A DNA stretch of 64,000 bases, taken from NCBI GenBank assembly GCA_963793425.1, contig CAWCAG010000009.1, forward strand, positions 256,001 to 320,000, in the 5' to 3' direction. The notes beneath the pieces were generated by a model that saw nothing but the letters and a program-made list of their open reading frames with translations, was not told where the DNA came from and made no database searches. This DNA comes from an uncultured cyanobacterium. Lineage in GTDB: Bacteria; Cyanobacteriota; Cyanobacteriia; Cyanobacteriales; CAWCAG01. The position numbers and the translations under genes are program-made. Shown here one piece after another: positions 41,827 through 53,600 of this stretch (position 1 is its first letter; each line of letters begins with the position of its first letter).

Positions 41827-44412
41827 ATGACCCTTTCTCAAGAGCGGATTGTACCGACAAATCTGAGAAGTGAAATGTCCCGTTCTTACCTAGAATATGC
41901 CATGAGCGTCATTGTAGGTAGGGCCCTTCCAGATGCTAGGGATGGTTTAAAACCCGTACACCGACGCATTCTTTATGCCATGTATGAACTGGGCTTAACC
42001 CCAGAACGCCCTTTCCGTAAATGCGCCCGTGTAGTGGGGGAAGTTTTAGGTAAGTACCATCCCCACGGCGATACCGCAGTTTATGATGCTTTAGTTCGCA
42101 TGGCTCAGGATTTTTCCATGCGTTCCCCTTTGATAGCTGGTCATGGTAACTTTGGCTCCGTAGATAATGACCCCCCAGCGGCAATGCGTTATACAGAATG
42201 TCGATTGCATTCTTTAACCACCAACGCTTTACTACGAGATATTGAATCGGAAACTGTCGATTTTGCTGACAACTTTGATGGCTCTCAACAAGAACCAGTT
42301 GTCCTCCCGGCCAGAATTCCTCAACTCCTACTTAATGGGTCTTCGGGTATCGCCGTGGGCATGGCTACTAATATTCCCCCCCACAACTTAGGGGAATTAA
42401 TTGATGGGGTTGTGGCCTTAATTCATAACCCGGAAATGAGCGACCTCGACTTGATGCAATATGTTCAGGGTCCTGATTTTCCTACTGGAGGGCAAATTCT
42501 GGGGCGGGAAGGCATTAAGGATACCTTCACTACCGGGCGAGGCTCCATCACCATGCGAGGGGTAGCAGATGTTGAAATAATCGAACAAAAGGGCCGTCCA
42601 GACCGAGATGCCATCATTATTACCCAACTGCCCTACCAAACCAACAAAGCGGCCCTGATCGAAAGAATCGCTGAGATGGTTAATGATAAGCGTTTAGATG
42701 GCATCTCCGATATTCGCGACGAAAGCGATCGCGATGGCATGAGAGTCGTTATTGAACTGAAACGGGATGCCCATCCTAGAGTTACCCTCAACAATTTGTA
42801 TAAGCAAACGCCCGTACAAATGAACTTCGGGGCTAATATGTTAGCCCTAGTAGATGGCGAACCCCAACTTCTATCTCTCAAGAAATTCCTTAGCGTCTTT
42901 ATTGAGTTCCGCGTTGAAGCAATCACCAGACGAACCCAGTACGAACTGCGGAAAGCAGAAGAAAGAGATCACCTCTTACAGGGGTTATTAATCGCTTTAG
43001 ATAACTTAGATGCAGTTATTGCCATCATTCGCGGTGCAGCAGATACAGCCATGGCAAAAGCGGAATTAGCAGAACGTTTTGGACTATCACAAGTGCAAGC
43101 TGATGCTATCTTACAAATGCAACTAAGGCGGTTGACAGCCCTAGAAACAGATAAAATTCAAGCAGAACATCAAGAATTACAAGTCCGCATCGCCGATTTA
43201 CAAGATATTCTGGCTAAGCAAGAGCGTATTGAAGGGATTATTGAAGAAGAAGTTACTCAAATTAAAGAAACCCATGCTACCCCGCGCCAAACCACAATTT
43301 TACAAGGGGAAGGGGAACTTTTAGACATCGACTTAATTGCCAACGAACAGGCAATTATCCTCTTAACAGAACAGGGTTATATCAAGCGAATGCCTGTAGA
43401 CACCTTTGGGCAACAAAGCCGGGCTACTCGTGGTAAAGCAGCCGCCAAAATTAAAGAAAATGATGTTGTAGAACATTTCTTAAGTTGTTGTGACCACAAC
43501 ACGATCCTTTTCTTTAGCGATCGCGGTGTAGTTTATAGTTTACCCGCTTACCAAATTCCTACGGCCTCCCGTACCGCTAGGGGAATTCCCATCGTCCAAA
43601 TGCTACCCATCTCTAGGGAAGAGAAAATTACCTCTATCGTCCCCATTACTGAATTCACTGAAGATGAATATTTAGTAATGCTGACCCAAAACGGTTACAT
43701 CAAAAAAACTGCCCTAGCCGCCTTCGGTAAAATTCGTGCCAATGGCTTAATCGCCATCTCCCTAGAAGAAGGAGATCAACTACGTTGGGTACGTTTAGCC
43801 ACCGAAGAAGACAGCATCATTATTGGTTCCCGCCAGGGCATGGCTATCCACTTCCGCGCCAATCACCAACAACTCCGTCCCTTGGGGCGTTCCACCCGTG
43901 GAGTAAGGGGGATGAAACTGCGCTCAGGAGACACCCTAATTAGCATGGATGTACTTTCTGCCCAAGTAACCGCAGGCATCAGTACCGTAGGGGAAGAAGA
44001 AGAAGAGAACCTGGAAGAAAATAATACTGAAGGTGCAGTAGTCGAACCAGGAAGCGGCCCTTGGATACTTGCCATCACCAGAGGCGGCTACGGTAAAAGA
44101 GTACCTGTGGAGCAATTCCGGCTACAAAACCGGGCCGGCATGGGCTTAAAAGCGATGAAATTCCGCATCTCTGACGATGAATTAGTCGCAACCCACGTGG
44201 TTCATCCCGAAGATGAATTAATGTTAGTAACTAACCGGGGCATTATTATCCGCCAAGCCACAGACTCCATCTCGACCCAATCCCGTATGGCTACAGGAGT
44301 TAGGGTACAAAGACTAGACAGTGATGATGCGATCGCCGCAGTTGCTTTAGTTCCCCCTTTGGAGGAGGAAGAGGAAGAGGGTGAAGATGAGGAGTTGGTT
44401 GATGAGAGCTAG
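41827..44412 (+). CDS. gyrA: DNA gyrase subunit A
   Basis: [23 protein letters not shown], and GyrA-box-like QSRATRG. Confidence 0.97.
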   Translation: MTLSQERIVPTNLRSEMSRSYLEYAMSVIVGRALPDARDGLKPVHRRILYAMYELGLTPERPFRKCARVVGEVLGKYHPHGDTAVYDALVRMAQDFSMRSPLIAGHGNFGSVDNDPPAAMRYTECRLHSLTTNALLRDIESETVDFADNFDGSQQEPVVLPARIPQLLLNGSSGIAVGMATNIPPHNLGELIDGVVALIHNPEMSDLDLMQYVQGPDFPTGGQILGREGIKDTFTTGRGSITMRGVADVEIIEQKGRPDRDAIIITQLPYQTNKAALIERIAEMVNDKRLDGISDIRDESDRDGMRVVIELKRDAHPRVTLNNLYKQTPVQMNFGANMLALVDGEPQLLSLKKFLSVFIEFRVEAITRRTQYELRKAEERDHLLQGLLIALDNLDAVIAIIRGAADTAMAKAELAERFGLSQVQADAILQMQLRRLTALETDKIQAEHQELQVRIADLQDILAKQERIEGIIEEEVTQIKETHATPRQTTILQGEGELLDIDLIANEQAIILLTEQGYIKRMPVDTFGQQSRATRGKAAAKIKENDVVEHFLSCCDHNTILFFSDRGVVYSLPAYQIPTASRTARGIPIVQMLPISREEKITSIVPITEFTEDEYLVMLTQNGYIKKTALAAFGKIRANGLIAISLEEGDQLRWVRLATEEDSIIIGSRQGMAIHFRANHQQLRPLGRSTRGVRGMKLRSGDTLISMDVLSAQVTAGISTVGEEEEENLEENNTEGAVVEPGSGPWILAITRGGYGKRVPVEQFRLQNRAGMGLKAMKFRISDDELVATHVVHPEDELMLVTNRGIIIRQATDSISTQSRMATGVRVQRLDSDDAIAAVALVPPLEEEEEEGEDEELVDES

Positions 44413-44540
44413 GGAGCTAGGGAGCTGGGGAGCTGGGGAAATGGGGAGCTAGGGAGAAAAATCTTTATTTACCTATCTACGTGTTTTTCCATTCTTCCAT
44501 TCTTCCATTAGCAACTAGCCACTAGCAATTAGCTATATTT

Positions 44541-45227
44541 ATGAATACTACAACCTTCAAAAACCCCCCTCCTTTAGAAAACGGCGATCGCTTGACTCGC
44601 TTGGAATTTGAACGTCGTTACCAAAGGATGGGGAAAGTTAAAAAAGCAGAACTAATTGAAGGCATTGTGTATATGGCATCCCCAGTAAGAATTACTGTTC
44701 ACGGCAGACCTCACGCTATGATTATGGCACTGCTGGGTACTTACTGGGCAGCAACTCCTGGGGTAGATTTAGGAGATAATCCTACCGTACGCTTAGATGC
44801 TGATAATGAACCTCAACCAGATGCTTTGTTACGCAGGGAGGAAGCTAAAGGAGGTAATTCAAGTATTGATGAAGATGGTTATGTGGTTGGTGGGCCGGAA
44901 TTAATTGTTGAGATTGCTGCTAGTAGTTCCTCTTATGACTTAGGAGATAAGCTACAAGCTTATCGTCGTAATGGGGTACAAGAATATTTAGTCTGGCAAG
45001 TTTACGACCGTCGTTTAGATTGGTTTAAGTTACAACAAGGAAGATACATTTCCTTGGAAGCAGATGAAGTAGGAATTGTCCGTAGCGAAATTTTTCCAGG
45101 TTTGTGGTTAGCAATACCAGCTTTAATAGAGGGGAATTTAGCTCAAGCATTAAAGGTATTGCAAGAGGGTATTAATTCACCACAACATAGTACCTTTAAG
45201 GAAGAATTGAACCAGAAAACCCTGTAA
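44541..45227 (+). CDS. Uma2 family endonuclease
   Basis: LENGDRLTR.EF, AELIEG, EPQPDA, PELIVEIA and YRRNGVQEY. Confidence 0.93.
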   Translation: MNTTTFKNPPPLENGDRLTRLEFERRYQRMGKVKKAELIEGIVYMASPVRITVHGRPHAMIMALLGTYWAATPGVDLGDNPTVRLDADNEPQPDALLRREEAKGGNSSIDEDGYVVGGPELIVEIAASSSSYDLGDKLQAYRRNGVQEYLVWQVYDRRLDWFKLQQGRYISLEADEVGIVRSEIFPGLWLAIPALIEGNLAQALKVLQEGINSPQHSTFKEELNQKTL

Positions 45228-45355
45228 GAACACTGATGTTTCCACAGGCTGTCTTAGTTCATCGATCATTTTTCGCGTAGACCATTGCCGTTGAGGCTAC
45301 ATTAAACATGTGAACGTGATCGTAGGTATAGGGGAGCAGTGCTTTTGATGCTCAG

Positions 45356-46643
45356 CTAAATAATAAATCTTTCTCTGAGCATTGCCTTTTCTAAAGCAAT
45401 TTTGAGGGAAAATTTTTCTCCTACTAAACCAGACAACTGAATTTGCAAGCAAGTATCTGTACTTCGAGAGTCTATATCCAAAAGACTATCTCCACACTCA
45501 TTTAATAAACTCAGTTGTAAGTGAGGAGGAAGATAGAGATTATCTCCTGTGGGATAAAGTTGGAGGAAGATAAAAACATACTTTTGCTTTTGTAAAATGA
45601 GACTAACTCTCAAAGTGAAACTATAACCTGCTAAAGGTGAGTAGCTTTCTCTTCTCACTCCCAAGGCAGGATGTTCTCGATTAATCTTCGTAACTCTTCT
45701 ACCCCTTGCCAAAGCTTCTCTTCATCTTCGGTTGTTGAGAGCAGGTTAACTAAATCCGTAATAGTTTGAAGCGAATCGCTGGTTGTAGAACTATTCCTAA
45801 AATTGAATCTAGGTGTTAAGAGTTGGGGGCGACAATCTCCTCCACTGCTTGCCATTCTGAACTATAAATACGCTGCCACCATTGACTAAGATTGACAATA
45901 GTTGAAGAGCTGTTGTCTGACAAACTTTGACCAGGGGCATATTCAACTAGAAAATTAGCTCCAGAAATATTATCTTCTAAAGACAAAGCTTCCTCAAACA
46001 GAATCTCTGTCATTTTCATGGTTTTTGAGTAAGTTCGATAAGCTGCCACTGGTAACTCTAAAACTGTTGCCCATTCAGACTCTTGTTTATGGAAAGCAGC
46101 AATTTTCTCTGCTTGGGCTGAAGCTGTCCCCACTTTAATCCCCAAAGATTGAATCTCTTCTGTGCCAGGACATTTTTCGATTAAATCGTAGTAAAAATCT
46201 CCGACATCAAGCAAAAGATCATAAACCTGCCGTGACAAACGCCATCCTGCATAACAAGATAAATTGCAAGTTAGCATAGACACAACCTGCCAAGTTTCCG
46301 CTAGTAAAGGTGGCATAGCAGAAGCAGGAGGCGGAATCATGAGATCAACTTCGCTGAGATATTCTGTCTGTACAGAAAGCAACATCACATCTACCAATTG
46401 CCAAACATCCTCTGCCAATTGAGATGGTTCTGGTTCTCGGACAACCATTACATAACGAGGAGAGGAATTACCTGCCAAAAACTGCCGCACTGCCTCTGGA
46501 TAAAGACTATCTTCTTCCTCCCAATCTAAAATCAAAGGACTCCATACTTGCCGACTAACCTCCCAAATTTCCCCAGGTTTAATCTGATTGGGGGAAATTC
46601 GAGGTAATTCTGAAGTAATCGATTCGCTCAAATTAATTTTCAT
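45356..46643 (-). CDS. DUF1822 family protein with extra N-terminal domain; frameshifted (~45825, ~45720, ~45690)
   Basis: VNLSQWWQ...EWQAVEE and C-terminal LQLYP...YLPPHLQLSLL...LQIQLSG..GEKFSLKI, spread over three ORF fragments. Confidence 0.72.
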
Positions 46644-46652
46644 TCTTTATAC

Positions 46653-47348
46653 TCAATAACTATTGGAACGCTTACGTTGCTTCAGCTTACCTTGACGCAT
46701 GGCGTGCAATTCTTGTTTAACTTGTTCCAAATTAACCAGCCCTAACTCCGTAGCAATCAGCTTCAATAATTCCTTTCTACGCTTGGAGATTTCTCCTTGC
46801 TTAACCTGTAACTCTTCGGCAATTTCTCCCTGTTTTCTCTCTTGATACAATGCTTGCCACAGTTGCAGAAATTTCTTCTTGGGCTGTTGGTAATCAATCT
46901 TTTTGACTGCTTGAATTACTTGGGCTACAGTATCAGCAAATTCGACAGCATCTGCTAAGTTAAACTCATCAGCTAAGCTATCCTTTAGTTTGATATTCGT
47001 TCCTGGAAGTGGTTGATCGAGACTTCGCCTTAACCACTTACTTTTCCGGTTTGCTTGGCGCAGTAGGTCTACAATCGTGTTCTCTACAACCTTATTTAAC
47101 CAACTGTAAAATTCCTCTCCACCTCTGCGAAAGCGGCGATCGCCCATCACTTGAGGATGTGAATATGAACTTCTTGAACCGTATCTTCCCAAGGCAACCC
47201 AGTCGAAAGCGTTTTTTGGTGGGTGATAATCTCAACTCGACGACGATAATGTGGGTGCTTTACTACCTGCTTACAAATCTCTACATCCTCTCGCAAATAA
47301 CAGTTCTAACAGTTCTTCAAGGGGACGATCTGGTAAGTCAGACGGCAT
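46653..47348 (-). CDS. Sigma-70/ECF-like sigma factor; two frameshifts (~47293, ~47152)
   Basis: Hand translation from ATG 47348: ...WEDTVQEVHIHIL...FYSWLNKVVENTIVDLLR (region 2) and KQGEIAEELQVKQGEISKR (region 4 HTH). Confidence 0.75.
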
Positions 47349-47615
47349 ATTATCAGCAGGGAATAGGTTTTAGGCAACAGGGAATAGGGTTCTATTACAT
47401 TCTGATTTTTATTGCCCCTTCATCTCCTCGTCCCATCGTGCATCATGACTTCATCGGTCGCAAACATTCAAGGATATTTTGTTCGGTAAGGTTACTACAG
47501 CTAGAAAGAAACTTTTTTTCGGGATTTTTGGAATATTCTTTTTAAGCTTGGCGTTAAAGGTATTGAGGCGATCGCACCGATCGCCGCAAATTAACCTTAG
47601 CCAGCTTAATTAACC

Positions 47616-47822
47616 ATGGTAGAACTACCCGCACTGATTGTTTTCACAACCGTTGCTGCACTTTTCATTAAAGATGTGTTTCCCCCTGATAAGAAGAAGA
47701 ATGATGATGAAGATACAGGTAAGGCTTTCAAGAAGATTATTAACGCCGGGGTTAAATCCGCTATGGAAGCAACCAAAGATGCCCCGTTTACTGTCGTGAT
47801 TAAAACTGAGGGTAAAAATTAG
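47616..47822 (+). CDS. Small membrane-anchored hypothetical protein
   Basis: ATG start, N-terminal hydrophobic helix, downstream hairpin GGGGTAAAA...TTTTACCC at ~47838-47872. Confidence 0.55.
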   Translation: MVELPALIVFTTVAALFIKDVFPPDKKKNDDEDTGKAFKKIINAGVKSAMEATKDAPFTVVIKTEGKN

Positions 47823-47930
47823 TCGTTCATAAAATAAGGGGGTAAAAGCTTGCTGATTCAATTTTTTACCCTCTTTTACCTGGTTTTGATATAGAGAAGA
47901 TAGGTTAAGTTATTTTAAAGCTCTAGACTG

Positions 47931-48046
47931 ATTTTCCCTTGACAAGCTAAAATTATTTTAGATAATGGGAATATGAGCAATTTTTTAAACGAAAGTATAT
48001 ATTTCCCATTATTAAATATACCACCAAAGAAAAACAGAGTCAATAG
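47931..48046. repeat. Dispersed ~118-bp repeat, copy C
   Basis: TTTTCCCTTGACAAGCTAAAATTATTTTAGATAATGGGAATAT...ATATTTCCCATTAT...AGTCAATAG. Confidence 0.85.
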
Positions 48047-48088
48047 AAACACTGATTAGCAAAAAAATCTCTTAATATTTAGTGATAT

Positions 48089-48690
48089 TCAAGGACACTC
48101 ATCTTTCATTTCTGTCTGTAACCCTCCCAACAGAGTTGTCACCGTAGTACAGCGCTTGGTATTCAAAATTGGTTGAGTAGGATTACCTGGTTCAGGAATA
48201 GCTGCGACGATAGTAAGATTGCTATCTGGAGTTGTTGTTGGGTCGAGATTTCCTTGATAATCAAAAGTGATTGTTTTTGGAGTAGTTAAAATACAACTCG
48301 CCGCCCCAGCATTTTTGTTAACAGCACCAATATTAGAGCAAAGTATCACTTGTCCTTCTCTGATGTCGGCACTTTCCCCTAATGTTTTCCAAGCGGAAGC
48401 AGATAAAGTTGTAGGATCACAGGAGTTCCATTGTTAGAAGTTGGATACTTAACAAATTGAGGTTTTCCTCCAGTTACAAGACGAAAACTAACGCTGTAGT
48501 TGACTTTGGTTTTTTTCGCATCTCGCTGGGCATCTTGTAATGCTATAAAAGTAGCCTCGTTAACTTTATTAACTCGCTGACGATTAATAAAAGCTAGCCA
48601 ACTAGGAGCAGCGATCGCAGATAAAGCTCCAATGATAATTATTACTACTAATAATTCAATGAGAGTAAAACCTCGATTTTTTGAGGGGCT
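48089..48690 (-). CDS. Type IV prepilin-like minor pilin (fourth gene of hps cluster); frameshifted, start unresolved
   Basis: Hand translation GFTLIELLVVIIIIGALSAIAAPSWLAFINRQR; C-terminus TITFDYQG...KRCTTVTTLLGG. Confidence 0.8.
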
Positions 48691-48779
48691 TCACTCTGAG
48701 AGTTTAATAAAACTTTTACAGATAGTGGGATTAAACACTTTTCTCTTCCCAAGTTTAATATAGGTGAATTGTTGTTTTT

Positions 48780-49858
48780 CTACCGAGAACCTTTACCCAA
48801 TTGTCCTGTACCCTGTACCTGAATTGCAGCTCTGGGGAATAAGTTTTCCGATTTCTTGTTGTATTCCTTGTCATTGAAACTAACCTTTGCTTTGGCATTA
48901 CCACGAAGATAAACCTTAGCTATTCTTCCTTCTGGTTTTCCTTGGGGGGCGTAAACGCAGGTATAGAAGCTATAGGTTTGGAAATCTGCTCCTACAGCTC
49001 CAACTCCGGTGTAAGGGGGAACTTGTTGCCACTCTATGTTAGTAGGATCTGGGTTAGCAGGACAGTCTTCTTTCGGGATATTAGGATTGACGCTTACGTC
49101 GGTTGGTCAATATAATCTAGCAACACATCAGTTTTAACTTGTCCAGTAACAGCATCAACTTCATAAGAGACGCTAGTTTTTTCCCAGTTATTCATCTTAT
49201 CTTCTAAGGTATCTCCCGGAAGATCGCTAAGTACAAACTGAAAACCAGGATCAGGTTGTAGGTTTGGAATATACTGTATATCGCCACTGCCATCGGGTTC
49301 TATACTCGCTACACCATCTTTAAGCTCAAACCTTTCTATCCGAGCAGTATCAGACCAGCTATTATTAGGGTCAGTGTCTAAAACCAGGTAATAAGCTACC
49401 AAGGAATAACGAAAAGCATCATTACAATCAGCTGCTCCTACGGCGCACTGATTCTTGAGATCCTTAGAAACTGCATCATTAACAAAATCCCGTTTCCAAA
49501 AGACTAAAACCGGCTCCCCATTAGGGACGGTGGGTAATTGGGCTTTGATACCATCAGCACCAGTACCATAGAGTCCTTGAGCATCGTAAATAAAGACAGA
49601 TTGTTGCAAATCTCTAGTAATAAAATCTGCGGCAGCTTGAATATCTTGTTCTGTATTTGTTTTAGCTTGTTCACGACGATCGGTTTGCAGGATATTGAGC
49701 ATGAAACCCAACACAGGAGTAATTACCAAGACAGCAATAATCATCCCTACCAGCAATTCAATTAAGGTAAAACCTGCGGTTTTCTTTTTAGAAGGCGATA
49801 GATTCGCTGCCCCCAGAGGCGATCGCCGCTTTAACAATAAAAATTTTAGTAATTGCAT
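48780..49858 (-). CDS. hpsC: Hormogonium polysaccharide secretion pseudopilin HpsC-like; frameshift ~49095
   Basis: GFTLIELLV, DRREQAK, PVLVFWKR and YSLVAYYL. The C-terminus FYTCV...AKVYLRGNA...YFPRAAIQVQG is in another frame. Confidence 0.75.
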
Positions 49859-49868
49859 ATCTTAGTAC

Positions 49869-50600
49869 TCAGTTACAGCTAAGGGTATTAGTTTTATCAG
49901 TAAGTTCGCACAAGTCAGAAAAGTTAGTATCTTCGTCTACTACTTCTGTAGTCATTTCTACCAAAGGAGCAACATCATCTTTTAATCCTGTCCCCCCAGT
50001 ATTAGCGGCGGCTACCTTTGTCCCTTGTTGAGCAGTTTTCAAAGTTTTACCAGCTACAAAAGCATCTGAGCGATAAACTCGCAGACCCATCAAATAGCCA
50101 TCATCAGAATTAGGTGGTAGCAGAGCAGGATTAGGAGGTTGATAACCAAAGACTTGGACTAACATATCTTTGAAGTTATCGCTAGTACATTGGTTATCTC
50201 CTGTACCATCGACACAGTATAGATAGTAGTCAGTAGAATTGGGGTTGCAATACCCCATATCCCTAGGGTCATTAACGGTGTCTGGAGTTCGAGTAATATT
50301 ATCTTGGGTAGTATCACAGTTCAAGGTGACACTATTGGGAGCGCCTGTTTGATCTGTGGCGGTGGTGGTGACAGGGGGAGGGAGAATTGAGCCGGAGCGA
50401 ACTCCATCTACATAGGATTTCGCTGCCCCCGCAGCTAATTCTACTCGTCTGGCTTGCACTCGGTTAGCTACAGATATAGCCATGACTGGGGCAATGCCGA
50501 TCATTAAAATGCTGACGACAATGATAGCCATCAAGGATTCAATGATCGTGAAGCCGCCTTGGTTGTTTGGTTGTTTCTGGACTTGTTTTAGCTTGAACAT
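49869..50600 (-). CDS. hpsB: Hormogonium polysaccharide secretion pseudopilin HpsB-like
   Basis: GFTIIESLMAI, RVQARRVELA, GLRVYRSDAF and APLVEMTTE; lies between hpsA and hpsC. Confidence 0.78.
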   Translation of the reverse strand: MFKLKQVQKQPNNQGGFTIIESLMAIIVVSILMIGIAPVMAISVANRVQARRVELAAGAAKSYVDGVRSGSILPPPVTTTATDQTGAPNSVTLNCDTTQDNITRTPDTVNDPRDMGYCNPNSTDYYLYCVDGTGDNQCTSDNFKDMLVQVFGYQPPNPALLPPNSDDGYLMGLRVYRSDAFVAGKTLKTAQQGTKVAAANTGGTGLKDDVAPLVEMTTEVVDEDTNFSDLCELTDKTNTLSCN

Positions 50601-50641
50601 AGCTGGGCTTTGATTGGGGTTTGTGATGAAGGACTCTGTTT

Positions 50642-53600
50642 CTAGTTTGGGCAATTACCAGGGCGTTGGTTATTACTAACCGCGTCACCTAATACTGTAA
50701 CGTTGGCGATATCAGGAGTCGTAGTATTGATATCAACTGCCTTAGAACATAATAACCTGTCTACCCATTGGTCATTGCGGCTTACTTCTCGGAAGAACTC
50801 ATTAGGATCATCATTGAAGGAAGTGGCGAATTGCCTAGAGAAAAGGTCTGGTTGTTGAGAGAGAAGTCCGACATCAAAACCCCAGTTTCTGGCTGGCGGA
50901 GCGAAGAAGGAACTTTTACCACCTTCGTCATCAGGTTCGTTACTAACACCAGTTTTGTAACGTTGAACATGACCAAAAGGACCGCCAACATCACTGAGTG
51001 CTAGAGGTGGCAAGAGATGCCACCAAGGAGCAGTGGCATATTCACTACGTTTTAGTTGAATGAAAGAACCGCTAATGTTGGTGTCAAGCCTTCTCTCCAG
51101 TTTTCAATAAAGTGGGTTAAGTTAGCTAATCCACCATTAAGAGATGCTTTGACACCAGTACTTGCGGGACGTGAAGGGTTGTCTCCCGTTGCCATAACCA
51201 TGTTGGTGGTTACACTGCCAGTTGCCTTGGTTACCCACTGAGTCTCTTGTTCAGCCATATCTGAATTTATCAAAAGGCTTTCAAAGGTTCTACTATTATT
51301 TCGATCAACTGTCGTAATCTGAATTTGAGGTATGGGAATTAAGATTGGCTGATCAGTTCCTGATACTGCATTAAGGTAATCTAGATGTTTATCTTGACCG
51401 TATTTAGCTTGAGCAGGATCAGGAGGGTTGCTAGCTGTATCGTTGGTTGTTCGATACCACAAAACATTATTGCTCGGTGAGGATGGGCCTAACTAGTGTA
51501 AGGAAATTCGTGAATATTACCAGTACCAGTACCCAAAATCCCCAGAGGTATTGGTTGTCCACCATTAATTCTAAATTATTAGTAGTATCACGCTTGAAAG
51601 CAACTCTACGGGGAAAGTGCAAATAGTTAAGATTAGTAGGCAATTGAGCAGTTGTACCAGACCCAAGATTGGTATTACCCGCAGGTTGTCCAATAGCCTC
51701 GCTGGCTTTATTATCTGGTGCTGCCTTTGGATTAACTATCCAATCATCAGTATTACATTCAGAAACTGGCAACTTCGGCAAACTTCCATCGCATACTCAT
51801 TAAAATTATTTGCCCGCCTTTGGATTGGGGTAACGAAGTTGTTGAAGTAAGAACTGTTTATGGCGTTTGGATCTCGCAGTAGCTGTAGCTGTATAAGTAG
51901 TATCAGTAGGAGTGATTGCTGCTGACGGAAAACCGCTTCTAATTGAGTTGGCAGGAAAGTTAAAGTTAATGTTGTCACCACTACTTAAACCATTAACCAC
52001 AAAGTCATTGGTCAAGAAACCATTCTCCCGCCTTTTTCTAGCTACTTCTGCTGCTGAATCAACTTCGTTGGTAGCATCATCATCTGGGTCGATAATACTA
52101 TCAATGCGATTATTCCGTAAATCGTAATCTCCTTCATTGCGGAATCCGAAGCGGAAACCATCAGAGAGTAGGGTCATAGCATCGGTAATAACCGTCGCCG
52201 CACGCCACCTATCTCCATCAGGACAAGCCGTGACAGGAAGTCGGGGGTCGCCAGGACGACAAGCAAAGTTAGGGTCGAAATCATCACGACTATAAAAGTT
52301 GCCCCAAGTGGCATTCAAAGCATCTGCTGCCAGGAATTCTTGGTAGTCGTGCAAATTGAAGTCCCCTTTCACATACACAGGCAAGTTAGAAGCGAGGATG
52401 AAACCTTTTTCAGCCGCATCATAATTGCGATCACGGTGTAAATGCTCTCCATTAATGAGAACAATACCATTAGGACGACGGGTAGGATCTAAGCTAAAGT
52501 CAGAAGCACTAACCTTAACGCTGGCATTGGTTTTATCCGGTAAGGCATCATCACGACTTGCATAGATAATACCGCTATTGGGAATTAACGCTTCACCACT
52601 AAAGTTCGTGGTACGCAAGTTTTCTAAATCAATTACCGTAGCCCGAACTTCTATGGGTTGACGATCTTCTATCGGTAAGTCATAATTCCCTGTTGTCGTG
52701 CTAACTTGGGTGGCGACATCAAAGGCAGTTGGGTCATAACCTGCATCAATTGATTTAATTTGTCTGGGATTGAGGAAAGCAACTTCTTGGATTGTACCGT
52801 GAGGAATGAGGGCATTGTTTGGGGTTATAGAACCATCCAGAATCCTTAAGGCACAGGAAGTAGAGTCAACCGCAGCTTGTTCTGCTGGGGTCAAGTTTGC
52901 ATATCCTTTGCTGCTAGCTTCTTGAAGCAAAGGATTCACTGGCCGCCCATTAGGGTAAACCAAACTCGCTTGATCATCTAAGTCACCAGGAGCTGCTTGG
53001 GCTGCGGGGCCATAGGTAATACCATTATTGGAATTGGCTATAGCAGCATCTCTTGCTGGAGGAGTAATCGTACTATCGTAGCCCGCCCCCAACAAGCCAC
53101 TGACATCATCTAAAGCTTGACCTTGGTAAGTTAGCTTATTCCTGGCTGTGTTGATATTAGTAGGGTCATAGAAACTGCTTACGCAAGCTATGGGAGTATT
53201 ATCGTTCAAGTAGTGATAAACTACCGAAGCTCGCATTTGTAAGTATGGGCGAGTTGCTGTTCCCGATTGAATATTTTCGCTTGTAGTAGGATTCCCACCT
53301 CCATCATATTCTTGGTAAAAGACATTATTATTATTAGGATGGCTAGTCGCTAAAGTCTGAGGGACAGGAGGTTGAGGCATGGTATCGGGCCAAACCACGT
53401 TAGAAACCTCCAGCAGTTCCATCCCAGGTAAATAAACCCCTGCACCTGTAACAACTCGCAAGCCACCTATACCATCTTCTGGTTTCTGGAAATGTTCAGC
53501 CGCAGCCTGTTCCCAGAAACCGCCCCTTTCTGTCGCATCTAATTCTTTAACCAATTCAGAACGAGTTTGGCGATAACGTTGCCCACTATCATCCCAGGTA

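Noticed and set aside
47009..47545. 178-aa plus-strand ORF
   Set aside because: It is antisense to the frameshifted sigma factor gene and runs through STRR-like DNA
13180..48046. Dispersed repeat or STRR tracts as a CRISPR array
   Set aside because: There is no regular repeat-spacer periodicity and no cas genes; the copies are 12-23 kb apart
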